Assembly (NCBI GenBank): GCA_964427405.1
Contig: CAYRUB010000001.1
Span: forward strand, 80,752-144,751
Direction of reading: 5' to 3'
From: an uncultured Planctomycetales bacterium
GTDB lineage: Bacteria; Omnitrophota; Gorgyraeia; Gygaellales; Profunditerraquicolaceae
Length of the DNA stretch: 64,000 bases
The position numbers and the translations under genes were made by a program. Below are positions 1-10,261 of this stretch, one piece after another. Within the stretch, counting starts at the first letter, position 1. Every line of letters begins with the position of its first letter. The notes below the pieces were generated by a model. That model worked only from the letters and a program-made list of their open reading frames with translations. It was not told the origin of the DNA and searched no databases.

Positions 1-1516
1 TAAACATCAGGGAAGAAAAAGCATCACAGACCTGGCCATTTAACAATATATCCAGCTTTACCAGCTTTGTCGGCAGGTACTCTTTAAACTCATAATCCAT
101 AGAACCATAACCGCGGGTAATCGATTTAATACGGTCATAAAAATCAACGATTATTTCAGAAAGAGGGATCTGGAAAATAACTTTTACGCGATCCTCGCTC
201 AAGTATTCATTTGAAACAAATACCCCCCTGCGGGATTTAGTAAAATCGCATACCGCTTCTATAGAATCAACCGGAACAATCATTAAAAGGCTGGCATAAG
301 GTTCCTGTGCCTCGGCTATATCTTGCAAAGCGCAGAGTTTAATCGGAGTATCCACTTCAATAAGCTGGCCATCTTTAGTTTTTATGCGGTAAACTACATT
401 CGGCACGGTAAGAATAAGATTTAAATTGTACTCGCGCTCAAGCCGCTCCTGAACAATCTCCATATGTAAAAGCCCTAAGAAACCGCAACGAAAACCTGTC
501 CCAAATGACTGGGAATTTTCCGGCTCAAACACAAAAGATGCATCTGAAAGTTTTAATTTATCCATAGCATCGCGCAATTCCGGAAAATCCGCCGGATTAA
601 CCGGATAAATACCGCAAAAAACCAGAGGCTTGACCTTGCGATATCCCGGTAAAGCTTCAGTGCAGGGATTCTTAGGATCAGTAATCGTATCTCCGATAAT
701 TACCTCCCGGGGATCCCGCATGTTAGCGGTAAAGTAACCCACTTCCCCGCAAGTCAAAGAATCTACAGCAGAATATTTTAAATCCTTAAAAACACCCAGT
801 TCTTCAATTTTATAGATCTTTCCCGCGTGAAACATCTTTAATTGAGTCTTAGGGGTAATTTGCCCGTCTATAACTTTTACAAAAACGACTACACCTTTAA
901 AAGCGTCAAAACGACAATCAAAAATTAAAGCCTTAAGCGGTTTTTCAATTTCTCCGCTGGGGCTGGGGATTGTTTCAATAATCCGGTCTAAGATTTCAAT
1001 AACCCCCGTACCTTCTTTCGCTGAAGCCAGAATTATCTCCTCCCCCTTAAAACCCAGAACAGTTTCTACCTGTGACTTGACCTTTGCAACATCAGCGGAA
1101 ATTAAATCGATTTTATTAATTACCGGAATAACATGCAGGTTATTGTCTAAGGCCAGGTAATAATTACCTACAGTTTGCGCTTCTATCCCCTGCCCGGCAT
1201 CCACCACAAGTATCGCGCCTTCACAGGCGGCCAATGATTTTGATACTTCATAAGTAAAATCCACATGACCCGGAGTATCAATGAGATTAAGGATGTACTC
1301 CTTATTGAACTTTTTAGAAAAATAATTCAATCTGACCATAGAGGCCTTAATTGTAATACCGCGTTCTTTCTCCAACTCCATGTCATCAAGCAGCTGATCA
1401 CCTTTATGACGTATATCAACAGCCCCAGTTAGCTCTAATATCCGGTCAGCTAAAGTAGATTTGCCGTGGTCGATATGCGCGATAATAGAAAAATTCCGAA
1501 GCAGCGACTTATCCAT
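1..1516 (-). CDS. lepA: Elongation factor 4 (LepA), 3' end runs off the window
   Basis: Read manually on the minus strand from the ATG at 1516: MDKSLLRNFSIIAHIDHGKST, then ERGIT, DTPGHVDF, NKID and GFRCGFLGLLHM motifs. Absent from the ORF track because it is truncated. Confidence 0.96.
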   Translation of the reverse strand, partial: MDKSLLRNFSIIAHIDHGKSTLADRILELTGAVDIRHKGDQLLDDMELEKERGITIKASMVRLNYFSKKFNKEYILNLIDTPGHVDFTYEVSKSLAACEGAILVVDAGQGIEAQTVGNYYLALDNNLHVIPVINKIDLISADVAKVKSQVETVLGFKGEEIILASAKEGTGVIEILDRIIETIPSPSGEIEKPLKALIFDCRFDAFKGVVVFVKVIDGQITPKTQLKMFHAGKIYKIEELGVFKDLKYSAVDSLTCGEVGYFTANMRDPREVIIGDTITDPKNPCTEALPGYRKVKPLVFCGIYPVNPADFPELRDAMDKLKLSDASFVFEPENSQSFGTGFRCGFLGLLHMEIVQERLEREYNLNLILTVPNVVYRIKTKDGQLIEVDTPIKLCALQDIAEAQEPYASLLMIVPVDSIEAVCDFTKSRRGVFVSNEYLSEDRVKVIFQIPLSEIIVDFYDRIKSITRGYGSMDYEFKEYLPTKLVKLDILLNGQVCDAFSSLMF

Positions 1517-2171
1517 TTGTTTTACATAACTCCAGCATCTTCTCCACAACCTCTTCTATGGAAAGCTCAGTTGTATCAATATAAATTGCATCCTCTGCCT
1601 TACGTAAAGGAGAAACTTCTCGAGTAGAGTCAATCTTATCCCGGTTAGACAAATCCCTTGCTACATCATCTTCTGCGATATTCTGGTTGACCACTTTTAA
1701 TTCCTTAAAACGCCGGTTCACCCGCACCTTTGCGGAGGCATCAATAAAAAACTTCTTTTCAGCATGGGGAAAAACTACTGTGCCGATGTCCCTGCCCTCC
1801 AAAACACAATTCCCCTTTTTTCCAAGCTCCCTTTGCATTTTAACTAATACCTGCCTAACTCCTTTAATTTTGGAAACATCAGAGACATGCTGCGTAATCC
1901 GCGGCCGGCGTATCTCCAGGGATACTTCTTTATTATCAAGAAAAACGCTTAACGAACCATCGGAGTTACTTCGCAAATCAATATTAGTCTCTAAAGCCAA
2001 TTCATTAATTTTACGCTCATCGGAAATATCAATATTATTATCCAGCGCCTTCAAAGTCAGGGCCCTATACATTGCCCCGGTATCTATATAAAGAAAACCT
2101 AATCTTTTAGCTAAGATTTTGGCTACCGTACTTTTGCCAGCTCCGGCAGGACCATCAATGGCAACAATCAT
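1509..2171 (-). CDS. cmk: Cytidylate kinase
   Basis: AIDGPAGAGKST, DTGAMYR and EGRDIGT motifs. Confidence 0.96.
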   Translation of the reverse strand: MIVAIDGPAGAGKSTVAKILAKRLGFLYIDTGAMYRALTLKALDNNIDISDERKINELALETNIDLRSNSDGSLSVFLDNKEVSLEIRRPRITQHVSDVSKIKGVRQVLVKMQRELGKKGNCVLEGRDIGTVVFPHAEKKFFIDASAKVRVNRRFKELKVVNQNIAEDDVARDLSNRDKIDSTREVSPLRKAEDAIYIDTTELSIEEVVEKMLELCKTNG

Positions 2172-2998
2172 CCTAGTTTCTCTCTTTTTTTCTTAGCGGC
2201 TAAAAGAATATTTGTTAAAAGTTTCTTATTCTTTCTTTTTAAGGCAAGTTTTAAAAGGGCAAGCTTTGCTTGGAAGGTTGTTAGGCAAGCCACCAGGTTT
2301 CCACGATTGCTTAAGAAAACCTCACTCCAAAGATTGGCGTCTGAAGCGGAAATGCGCGTAGAATCTTTTAGGCCTCCTGAACTTAAGCTTAAGAATTCCA
2401 TCGGAATACTCCCCATCAAAGAAAAGACAACAGCGTGTGGCAGATGGCTGGTAAACGCTAAAATCTGATCATGTTTTTTAGGGGAAAGAATGACTACCTT
2501 ACTGCCTAGCCTGCGCCAAAGAAGACTGATCTTATTCAAAACCTTCTTATTGGTTTTAGCAGCAGGAGTAACAATACAGATAGAATTGGCAAAAATACCC
2601 TCTTGAAGGTTAGTAACCCCTCTTTTTTCTGAGCCTGATAAGGGGTGACATCCGAGAAAGTTAGGAATAACACGGCTTATTTTATAGACGATTGTTTCTT
2701 TAGTACTGCCCACGTCAATAACTATACAATCTTTCTTTATCTTTGTTGCAATCTTAAAAGCAATATCAATAATTGCGTCGACCGGCGTCGCCAATATAAC
2801 CAGGTCCGCGTCTTTTACTGTTTCCAAAGACGAACCGATATAATCGATAGCCCCAGCCTTTTTGGCCAACCGGACATTTCTCCGGTGCCGGCTTAAACCA
2901 ACAATCTGAGAAACTAAATGTTTTTTCTTTAAGGCTAAACCTAAGGAACCGCCGATTAAACCCGTGCCGATAATTACTACTTTATTAAACAGCTTCAT
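2168..2998 (-). CDS. tyrA: Prephenate/arogenate dehydrogenase
   Basis: GTGLIGGS Rossmann motif, DVGSTK, HP, SHLPH. Confidence 0.92.
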   Translation of the reverse strand: MKLFNKVVIIGTGLIGGSLGLALKKKHLVSQIVGLSRHRRNVRLAKKAGAIDYIGSSLETVKDADLVILATPVDAIIDIAFKIATKIKKDCIVIDVGSTKETIVYKISRVIPNFLGCHPLSGSEKRGVTNLQEGIFANSICIVTPAAKTNKKVLNKISLLWRRLGSKVVILSPKKHDQILAFTSHLPHAVVFSLMGSIPMEFLSLSSGGLKDSTRISASDANLWSEVFLSNRGNLVACLTTFQAKLALLKLALKRKNKKLLTNILLAAKKKREKLG

Positions 2999-4013
2999 AG
3001 ATATCTCTCCCCACAGAGTTAGCTATCTTCTTAAGCTCATCCATAAGACTGGAGAATTTTTCCGGGATGAGCGACTGTTCACCATCAGAAACAGCCTCCT
3101 CAGGATGATTATGCACTTCAATAATCAAACCATCGCAACCTGCGGCAACGCCCGCCTTAGCCAGAGCCGGGACCAGTCCCCATTTACCGGCAGCGTGAGA
3201 CGGGTCAACAATAATTGGCAGATGCGATAACTGCTTGGTAACTGGAACCGCGCTTATATCCAAGGTATTACGAGTTGAGTCTTCGAAAGTACGTATGCCC
3301 CGTTCACAAAGAATCACCGAGAAATTTCCTCCGCTTAAGATATACTCAGCAGACATAAGCATATCCTTGACGGTAGAGGCCATTCCGCGTTTTAAGAGCA
3401 CCGGTTTCTTAGTAGCGCCTACCTCTTTCAACAGATTAAAATTTTGCATATTGCGGCAACCAATCTGCAAGATATCTGCGTAACTGGCAACTAAACCTAC
3501 ATCGCGGGCATCCATTACTTCGGTTACCGTAACTAAACCTAATTCATTACCTACCTCCCTAAGCATCTGCAACCCTTCTTTGCCTAAACCCTGAAAACTA
3601 TAAGGAGAGGTCCTGGGTTTAAAAGCCCCGCCGCGCAGTACAGTTGCACCGGATTTTTTTACCTCTCTGCCTATTTCAAACAAACGGTCGATATTCTCAA
3701 TTGAACATGGCCCAGCCATAACCACTAAGGATTTACCGCCGATCTTTACCCCCTTGCCAAGCTCAATTACTGAATCCTCTTTTTTAAACTCACGGGAAAC
3801 CAAACGATACGGAGAAAGTACCGGGATAACTTTTTCAACTCCCGGAAAGACTTCCAGGGGAGTGACACGCAACACATCTTCAGGCCCGATAACCCCGATG
3901 ATTGTCCTCTCTGAGCCCTTAGAAACATGAGGGGTTAAACCTAAAGCCTTTACTTTATCAATAATATGGCTAACTTCTGCCTCGGTAGCTTCCGGCCTTA
4001 AAACAATAATCAT
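2985..4013 (-). CDS. aroF: DAHP synthase type I-beta with N-terminal regulatory domain; likely start at 4013
   Basis: AGPCSIE, GGAFKPRTSPYSFQGLG, DPSH; AGGAG RBS before MIIVLRP. Confidence 0.95.
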   Translation of the reverse strand: MIIVLRPEATEAEVSHIIDKVKALGLTPHVSKGSERTIIGVIGPEDVLRVTPLEVFPGVEKVIPVLSPYRLVSREFKKEDSVIELGKGVKIGGKSLVVMAGPCSIENIDRLFEIGREVKKSGATVLRGGAFKPRTSPYSFQGLGKEGLQMLREVGNELGLVTVTEVMDARDVGLVASYADILQIGCRNMQNFNLLKEVGATKKPVLLKRGMASTVKDMLMSAEYILSGGNFSVILCERGIRTFEDSTRNTLDISAVPVTKQLSHLPIIVDPSHAAGKWGLVPALAKAGVAAGCDGLIIEVHNHPEEAVSDGEQSLIPEKFSSLMDELKKIANSVGRDIYEAV

Positions 4014-4041
4014 TAGATTTTCTCCTAGCCCAGAAAGGGCA

Positions 4042-4071
4042 CACCCGCGCAAATCCGCTAAGCGCGGGGTG
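4042..4071. repeat. Short palindromic REP-like repeat, copy 1
   Basis: CACCCGCGCaaatccgctaaGCGCGGGGTG hairpin; the same termini recur at about 36050-36124. Confidence 0.6.
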
Positions 4072-5155
4072 TTAGCACTTTTCTTAAAACGCGGATGAAT
4101 CTTTCGTTTTCTTTTTGAGTGCCGATAGTTACGCGAATAAAATCTTTTAAACCATATTGTTTCATGTCGCGGACAATCACTCCAAATTTAAGCATTGCTT
4201 TAAAAACCTCCAAACCGTCCTTGCCCGTATCAACCAAAATAAAATTAGCCACTGAAGGAAGGAAACCCAGCCCCAGCTTAGATAACTCTTGATAAATAAA
4301 ATCTTTTCCTCCTAAAACCAGCCGGCGTGTCTTCTTAAGGAAATCTTTGTCATCTAAAGCAGCCAATCCCCCTACCTGGGCCAGCATATTAACGTTAAAA
4401 GGCTGCCTGACTCTCTCCATATAAGAAATAAGTTCGCCTTCAGCAATAGCATATCCCAGGCGTAACCCTGCCAAGCCGTAAGATTTAGAAAAAGTCTTAA
4501 GGATAATAACCTTCTTCTTCCTTCTTAGATAACTTAATGAATCCGGATAATCATCCACATCAATAAAGGCATCATATGCTTCATCAAAAACAACCACCAC
4601 TCTTTCAGGCAAGGCATCCAGGAAATCCGCAACTTCATATTTAGTTACATAGGTACCGGTTGGGTTATTGGGATTAGCGATAAAAATCAGTTTTGTTTTT
4701 TTATCCACCAGTTTAAGTAACGCCCCTAGATCATATTTAAAATAACGCAAAGGCGCCTTCTTAATCTTGCGGTCATTAACCTGCGCGATAATCTCATACT
4801 CTAAAAATGTAGTATCAGCGGTAATAATATTTTCATCCGCTTCCACAAAGGTTTTAATCACTGTATCAATAAGCTCATCAGAACCATTTCCAAGGATAAA
4901 GTTCTCCGGCTCAAGAGAAAAATACTTAGCCAGCCTCTTCCTTAGATAAAACCCTTGCGAATCCGGGTAGCGGTTAATTCCGGATAAGTATTTCTTTATT
5001 GCGCTGACTGCTTTAGGTGAGGGCCCTAACGGATTCTCATTAGAAGCCAGCTTAATCACCTCATTTAACCCTAATTGCCGCTTAGTTTCCTCTATGGGCT
5101 TTCCGGCAACATAAGGTTTTATATTTAAAACACTGCTACGTACTAATTCCTTCAC
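4058..5155 (-). CDS. hisC: Histidinol-phosphate/aromatic aminotransferase
   Basis: KLASNENP, NPNNPTG, DEAY, TFSKSYGLAGLRLG. Confidence 0.94.
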   Translation of the reverse strand: MKELVRSSVLNIKPYVAGKPIEETKRQLGLNEVIKLASNENPLGPSPKAVSAIKKYLSGINRYPDSQGFYLRKRLAKYFSLEPENFILGNGSDELIDTVIKTFVEADENIITADTTFLEYEIIAQVNDRKIKKAPLRYFKYDLGALLKLVDKKTKLIFIANPNNPTGTYVTKYEVADFLDALPERVVVVFDEAYDAFIDVDDYPDSLSYLRRKKKVIILKTFSKSYGLAGLRLGYAIAEGELISYMERVRQPFNVNMLAQVGGLAALDDKDFLKKTRRLVLGGKDFIYQELSKLGLGFLPSVANFILVDTGKDGLEVFKAMLKFGVIVRDMKQYGLKDFIRVTIGTQKENERFIRVLRKVLTPRA

Positions 5156-5159
5156 TTTA

Positions 5160-6221
5160 TTATTCTCCTATAGGATAAGAACCTAATATTTTTAAATATG
5201 AGCATTTGCGTTCTAACTCGCTTAATGCCCTCTTAATCTTATAATCATCCTGGTGTCCTAAAATATCTACAAAGAAATAATATTCCCAGGCCTTCTTTTT
5301 TGAAGGACGGGATTCAATCTTAGTAAGATTAACCCCATATTTACGAAAAGGTAAAAGCAACTCATATAAAGCGCCTACACGATCTTTAATTGAGAAAAGC
5401 AACGATGTCTTATCATGGCCTGTACGCGCTGCTACATTCTTGCCCACCACCAGAAAGCGGGTTATATTTTGCAAAGAATCCTGGATGCCAGAAGCCAGCA
5501 CTTTTAAACCATAGGTTTTAGAAGCTAAAAGAGAGGCGATGGCAGCGCTATTCTTCTCTTTCTTTGCCAGTTCAGCCGCGCGGGTAGTACTGGATACATC
5601 CACTAATTCAGCATTAGGCAAATTTTTTTGCAGCCAGATGCGGCATTGGCCAAAAACCTGAGGATTAGAGTAAACCTTACGGATTTTATTCTTCGCACAA
5701 TTTGCTAGTAAATTATGAGATACATTTAAAATCACCTGCGAACAAATCTTTAAATCAGAATCAACCAGCATATCTAAAGTATGTGTCACCGCACCTTCAA
5801 TAGAATTTTCTACCGGGACAACCCCATAATCTGCAGCACCCCTTTCTACCTCTAGGAATACTTCGGGTATACCCCCACAGGCAACATAACTCATCTGCGA
5901 ACCAAACCTTTTTAAAGCTGCCAGGTTACTAAAAGACGCCTGCGGCCCCATATATGCTATCTTTAAAAGTTTCTCCAGAGCCAGGCTGGCGGACATAATC
6001 TCACGGTATATTGCCTCAAGCGCGCTCTTTTTCAGGGGACCTTTGTTTAAAAAAGAAACTCTGCGCAAAACCTGCATCTCCCTTTCAGGCGAATAAATAC
6101 ACTTGCCGGTATTAATTTTTTCCTTACCGATATTCTTGGTTATCTCAGCACGCAAATTCAATAAGTTGATTAGCTTACGGTCAAGCATATCAATTTTATT
6201 ACGCATTTTGTCCAGGGTCAT
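5160..6221 (-). CDS. pheA: Chorismate mutase/prephenate dehydratase (P-protein)
   Basis: N-terminal CM domain, PVENSIEG, TRF, ESRP in the ACT domain. Confidence 0.95.
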   Translation of the reverse strand: MTLDKMRNKIDMLDRKLINLLNLRAEITKNIGKEKINTGKCIYSPEREMQVLRRVSFLNKGPLKKSALEAIYREIMSASLALEKLLKIAYMGPQASFSNLAALKRFGSQMSYVACGGIPEVFLEVERGAADYGVVPVENSIEGAVTHTLDMLVDSDLKICSQVILNVSHNLLANCAKNKIRKVYSNPQVFGQCRIWLQKNLPNAELVDVSSTTRAAELAKKEKNSAAIASLLASKTYGLKVLASGIQDSLQNITRFLVVGKNVAARTGHDKTSLLFSIKDRVGALYELLLPFRKYGVNLTKIESRPSKKKAWEYYFFVDILGHQDDYKIKRALSELERKCSYLKILGSYPIGE

Positions 6222-6807
6222 TTTTAGCCTCCAGATTCACTTCAGGTATCGGTTCGATATCAGTTTTTTCTTCTATTTCTTTTGCCATGGCGCTAAATTC
6301 ATCCATTTTAGGAAGGGCATCTAAAGACTTTAAACCGAAATGCTCTAAAAACTGCCGGGTTGTACCATAAACAAAAGGCCTACCAGGAATCTTTTTCCTA
6401 CCGCAGATACGAATCAAATTCTTATCCAAAAGGCTTTTCATTACCCCATCAACGTTTACGTTTCTTAAAGACTCGATCTCCGTCCTGGTCAGCGGTTGCT
6501 TATAAGCGATAATCGCCAAACTTTCAAGAGCAGGCTTAGATAACTTATCGCTAAACCGGCATTTAAAAAGCTTCTTCAAAAATGGAGAGAAAGTTTTAGA
6601 AGCAATCATTTGAAATCCGCCGGCAATCTCGATTACGCGTAAGCCCCTGTTTTGCGTTTCATATTCGCTCTTTAGTTCATCAATACTTTTACGCACACTA
6701 ACTGCTTCCGAAATATCCAGGACTTTCTTTATCTGCTCAACAGTCACCGGCTTATCCGATGCGAAAATTAATGCTTCTACGGCTGATTTTAAATTATTCT
6801 CTTCCAT
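6199..6807 (-). CDS. scpB: SMC-Scp complex subunit ScpB
   Basis: EALIFAS, LAIIAYKQP, PGRP..YGTT..FL..FGL. Confidence 0.95.
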   Translation of the reverse strand: MEENNLKSAVEALIFASDKPVTVEQIKKVLDISEAVSVRKSIDELKSEYETQNRGLRVIEIAGGFQMIASKTFSPFLKKLFKCRFSDKLSKPALESLAIIAYKQPLTRTEIESLRNVNVDGVMKSLLDKNLIRICGRKKIPGRPFVYGTTRQFLEHFGLKSLDALPKMDEFSAMAKEIEEKTDIEPIPEVNLEAKNDPGQNA

Positions 6808-6809
6808 CT

Positions 6810-7436
6810 TTATTTATTAAGTTGCCTCTGTTTATAAACCAGATTCAATAATTCTTCTGTTGTATTAATCTGTGTATTTGATTCCAGGACCTTTTTAATC
6901 ATGCTCACGGCTTCCGTTCTTTTGTATTCCAACTGCAATAACACATCTAAAGCTTCTTCGGATATACCTTTTGCTGAAGATTTCTCCTGCGTATCGCGAT
7001 CCTGGATTAACCCAAATTTACCCACCTTATTCTGCAGTTTAGCCACAATTTCTTTGGCCCTCTGTTCGCCTATACCGGGAAGTGATTTAAGAAAAACTAA
7101 ATCCCCTTCATCAATCGCCTTGGCAATTAATGAAATGGGTTTATTTAAAGCCTTTAGCGCCGCGCGCGGCCCTATACCTGAAACAGTAATAAAAACTTCA
7201 AAGAAATCTTTCTCCACCTGGCTCAAGAATCCAATCAGTATCGGTATGCTTTTGGCTTGATCAACTTGATAATAATGGTAAGTCAGAAGGGTAATCTTTC
7301 CATCAGAACCGCATGACTCGCTAATGCGCTGCATGACGCAGGCGGGGATAAAAATATCATAGCCTATCCCGCCTAAATCCAGGACTAAATAATTTTCCCC
7401 TTTGTCCGAAATCTTTCCCGTAATCCTAGAGATCAT
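6810..7436 (-). CDS. ruvA: Holliday junction branch migration protein RuvA
   Basis: MISRITG..GGIGY, VSGIGP and PGIG HhH motifs. Confidence 0.93.
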   Translation of the reverse strand: MISRITGKISDKGENYLVLDLGGIGYDIFIPACVMQRISESCGSDGKITLLTYHYYQVDQAKSIPILIGFLSQVEKDFFEVFITVSGIGPRAALKALNKPISLIAKAIDEGDLVFLKSLPGIGEQRAKEIVAKLQNKVGKFGLIQDRDTQEKSSAKGISEEALDVLLQLEYKRTEAVSMIKKVLESNTQINTTEELLNLVYKQRQLNK

Positions 7437-7915
7437 ATTTTTGACTTTATAATATAACTATGCGCTATAGCTAGAGCTAATGCGTCAGTAACATCCATAT
7501 AGCGCGGCAAAGTTTTTATCCCTAAGGTATTGGCAACCATCCTCTGAACCTGAGCCTTAGAAGCCAGCCCCTTGCCTACAATTGCTTTTTTTACGCGCGT
7601 AGCGCCATATTCAAAAAAAGGAATACCTTTACTGGCCGCCGCCAGGCAGATAACCCCTCTTGCCTGGCCTAGAATATAGGACGTTGTGGGATGCCGGTAA
7701 TGTGAATATATTTTCTCAAGTACCAAACAATGCGGGTGAGTATCATCAATCAATTTAATAATCCCGCGGTATATTTTATCCAGCCGCTTCGACGTATCCT
7801 CTTTAGCCCGGGTTTGAATTATTCCCGCTTCATGCAAAGCCAAGCAATTTCCTTTGGCCTGAATCACACCATAGCCGGTAATAGCTAAGGCGGGGTCAAC
7901 CCCTAAGATGATCAT
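7433..7915 (-). CDS. ruvC: Holliday junction resolvase RuvC
   Basis: ILGVDP, QARGV, DVTDALA. Confidence 0.95.
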   Translation of the reverse strand: MIILGVDPALAITGYGVIQAKGNCLALHEAGIIQTRAKEDTSKRLDKIYRGIIKLIDDTHPHCLVLEKIYSHYRHPTTSYILGQARGVICLAAASKGIPFFEYGATRVKKAIVGKGLASKAQVQRMVANTLGIKTLPRYMDVTDALALAIAHSYIIKSKI

Positions 7916-8667
7916 TCTTCAGAAGCAACCTCATTTAAAATCTCATCCGGTATGTCAAAATTAGCATAAACCTGCTGCACATCATCATGTTCTTCCAGGG
8001 CTTCTATTAAACCCAAAACCTGTTTTGCCTCATTACCTGCGACCTTTACGGTAGAAGACGGAATCATGGTTAATTCGGCATCCTCCCATTTTATTCCTTT
8101 ATCCTGAAGCGCCTGTTTAACCTTTTCTAAATCCTGAACAGAAGTGAAAATTTCATAGACATCATCTTCATGTTTCATATCTTCAGCCCCGGCATCCAGA
8201 ACGATATTCATAAGCTCATCTTCTTTGATTTTATCTTTAGACACTGAAATATAACCCTTTTGAGTAAACATCCAGCTTACCGAACCGGCACCGGCCATAT
8301 TTCCGCCTCTTTTCGACATAATATTACGCAACTCAGCAGTAGAGCGATTTTTGTTATCAGTAAGCGAATCGACTAAAATCGCCACCCCACCTGGACCATA
8401 AGCTTCATACATTACCGCCTCATAAACTATCCCGGGAAGCTCGCCCGTACCACGCTTAATCGCCATCTTCACGTTATCCGACGGCATATTTGCTTCTTTA
8501 GCCTTCTGCATTATCGCGCGCAAACGCGGATTGCTATCAGGATTGCCACCACCATCCCTGGCTACCACAACAAGCTCTTTAATAATTTTAGTAAAAGTTG
8601 CCCCTCTCTTAGCATCAGCTATACCTTTTTTACCTTTATTTGTCTTCCATTTCGAATGACCTGACAT
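7912..8667 (-). CDS. yebC: YebC/PmpR family protein
   Basis: MSGHSKW, NPRLR, YEAYGPGG, TDNKNR, DDVQQVYAN. Confidence 0.95.
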   Translation of the reverse strand: MSGHSKWKTNKGKKGIADAKRGATFTKIIKELVVVARDGGGNPDSNPRLRAIMQKAKEANMPSDNVKMAIKRGTGELPGIVYEAVMYEAYGPGGVAILVDSLTDNKNRSTAELRNIMSKRGGNMAGAGSVSWMFTQKGYISVSKDKIKEDELMNIVLDAGAEDMKHEDDVYEIFTSVQDLEKVKQALQDKGIKWEDAELTMIPSSTVKVAGNEAKQVLGLIEALEEHDDVQQVYANFDIPDEILNEVASEE

Positions 8668-8730
8668 AAGTTCCTCCTCTTGGATTTACTAAATAACTGT
8701 TTGATTAACTTAAAACCTTTAACTTTAATG

Positions 8731-9070
8731 AAGCAGGCAGAATAAGCCGGGTTCTGTCTTGATGCGAGTTTGCGCATCGATTAGTGGCTATTCCTCTCAA
8801 TCAGCGCGTTACCACGCCAACTTTAGCAGTTTACCCGAGATTATTTTCCCGCCTAAGCGGAAACGCGCCGGATCAGCGCTCATCTCCTATTCTACATTGC
8901 TCCACGCAGAGATTGCCGCGTTTCACCTCGCTAGCCTTACGGCCGCTACTCGTCTCTGTGGCTCTAATCCGCATGTTTATTCAACAGGGACGGGGATTAC
9001 CCGTTGCGTTATCCTCTGGAGCCCGGACTTTCCTCCCTATTTACATAGGGCAGCCACATTCTGCCTGCTC
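8731..9070 (-). ncRNA. rnpB: RNase P RNA (bacterial)
   Basis: Minus strand shows GAGGAAAGTCCGGGCTCC near the 5' end, ACAGAACCCGGCTTA near the 3' end, and a P1 helix AGCAGGCAGAAT/ATTCTGCCTGCT. It lies downstream of rnhA. Confidence 0.96.
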
Positions 9071-9074
9071 ATTA

Positions 9075-9491
9075 TCAAAGAGAATTATTCTTTAATGTTA
9101 CCTTGATTGCCTCTGTTGCCAGTTTATCTGCGCAAGTATTCTTTTCCCGCGGAATATGATTAACCATGACTTTTTCAAAACCGCTTAAAAGATGCACTGA
9201 GCGCTCATACAAACCTATTAATCCTTCATGCCTAACCTTATAAACCCTGTTTATCTGCCTGGCAAGAAGCTGACTATCCGTATTAATCTTTAAACTCTTA
9301 GCCTTTAATAGCAAAGCCTCTTCGAGCGCGTATATAAGCGCGGTGTATTCAGCTATGTTATTCGTAGCCTTACCGATATAACTTGAAATTTGTTTGAGCA
9401 ACTGCCCATTGCGGTAAATTACAATTCCCACACCGCTATGCCCAGGGTTACCCTTTGAGGCGCCATCAATATAAATCTCTAAGCAACTCAT
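9075..9491 (-). CDS. rnhA: Ribonuclease HI family
   Basis: DGASKGNPG, TNNIAEY, DSQL, REKN..AD. Confidence 0.92.
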   Translation of the reverse strand: MSCLEIYIDGASKGNPGHSGVGIVIYRNGQLLKQISSYIGKATNNIAEYTALIYALEEALLLKAKSLKINTDSQLLARQINRVYKVRHEGLIGLYERSVHLLSGFEKVMVNHIPREKNTCADKLATEAIKVTLKNNSL

Positions 9492-10207
9492 TCTGAAATG
9501 TAAAAAATACGGTTACATACTTCACAAGTAACAATATGCTCATACATCTTAATCAAATTAATCACCTGAGGAGGCACTAACATATGGCATCCGCCGCAGG
9601 AATTATGCACAACCGTAACAATCGCCAGTCCATCCCGGCTGGAAAGTATTCTTTCATACTCAGAGAGCATCTTAGGATCAATTTCCGGAGTAATTTGTTT
9701 TCTTTGCGCTTGCAGCTGATTCAAGCGTTCATCAATTTCTTTTACGCGCAACTCAACCTTTTTCTTTTGCTCAAGAAAACCCTTTTCCTCTTCTTTAAGC
9801 TTTAAATTCTCCTGGTCAATCTGCGCTTTAATTTTATCTGAATCTTCAAATGAAATAAGAATCTTCTCCTCAATTACTGAGCCATCAGCTTTGGCATCGG
9901 CGATCTGCTGCAGCATAGTTTGGAATTCTTTGTTGGTCTTTAAAGAATAGAGTTGGCCTTGCAGTTTCTTTACCGCCTCAGCGTTGGTCGCAAGTTCCAA
10001 CTCTTTTTCCTTGCGCTGTTTTTGCAAATCAAGAGAATTCTTTTCAAGCAGGGCCAAACTCTGCTTTTTAGCTTCAAAAGATAGTTCAATCGCTTTAATC
10101 TCTAAAGGTTTTGCTTCCTTTTCGTTTTCCAAGGCATAAATCTCGCTGTCTAATCCCTGTAGTTTTACTAAACCAATAATCTGCGCTTTTAGGTCTATTG
10201 TAGCCAA
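9488..10207 (-). CDS. Coiled-coil protein with C-terminal C4 zinc ribbon (CT398/DUF164-like)
   Basis: Long coiled coil followed by CGGC...CEVC; usual neighbour of rnhA/rnpB. Confidence 0.88.
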   Translation of the reverse strand: MATIDLKAQIIGLVKLQGLDSEIYALENEKEAKPLEIKAIELSFEAKKQSLALLEKNSLDLQKQRKEKELELATNAEAVKKLQGQLYSLKTNKEFQTMLQQIADAKADGSVIEEKILISFEDSDKIKAQIDQENLKLKEEEKGFLEQKKKVELRVKEIDERLNQLQAQRKQITPEIDPKMLSEYERILSSRDGLAIVTVVHNSCGGCHMLVPPQVINLIKMYEHIVTCEVCNRIFYISE

Positions 10208-10261
10208 CTTATCTCCTAGTTTATCCTATCCTAACTAAAAATATAAAACCTAATAATTAAT

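Noticed and set aside
8759-9106. Two plus-strand ORFs (115 and 103 aa)
   Set aside because: They are antisense to the RNase P RNA and have no protein motifs
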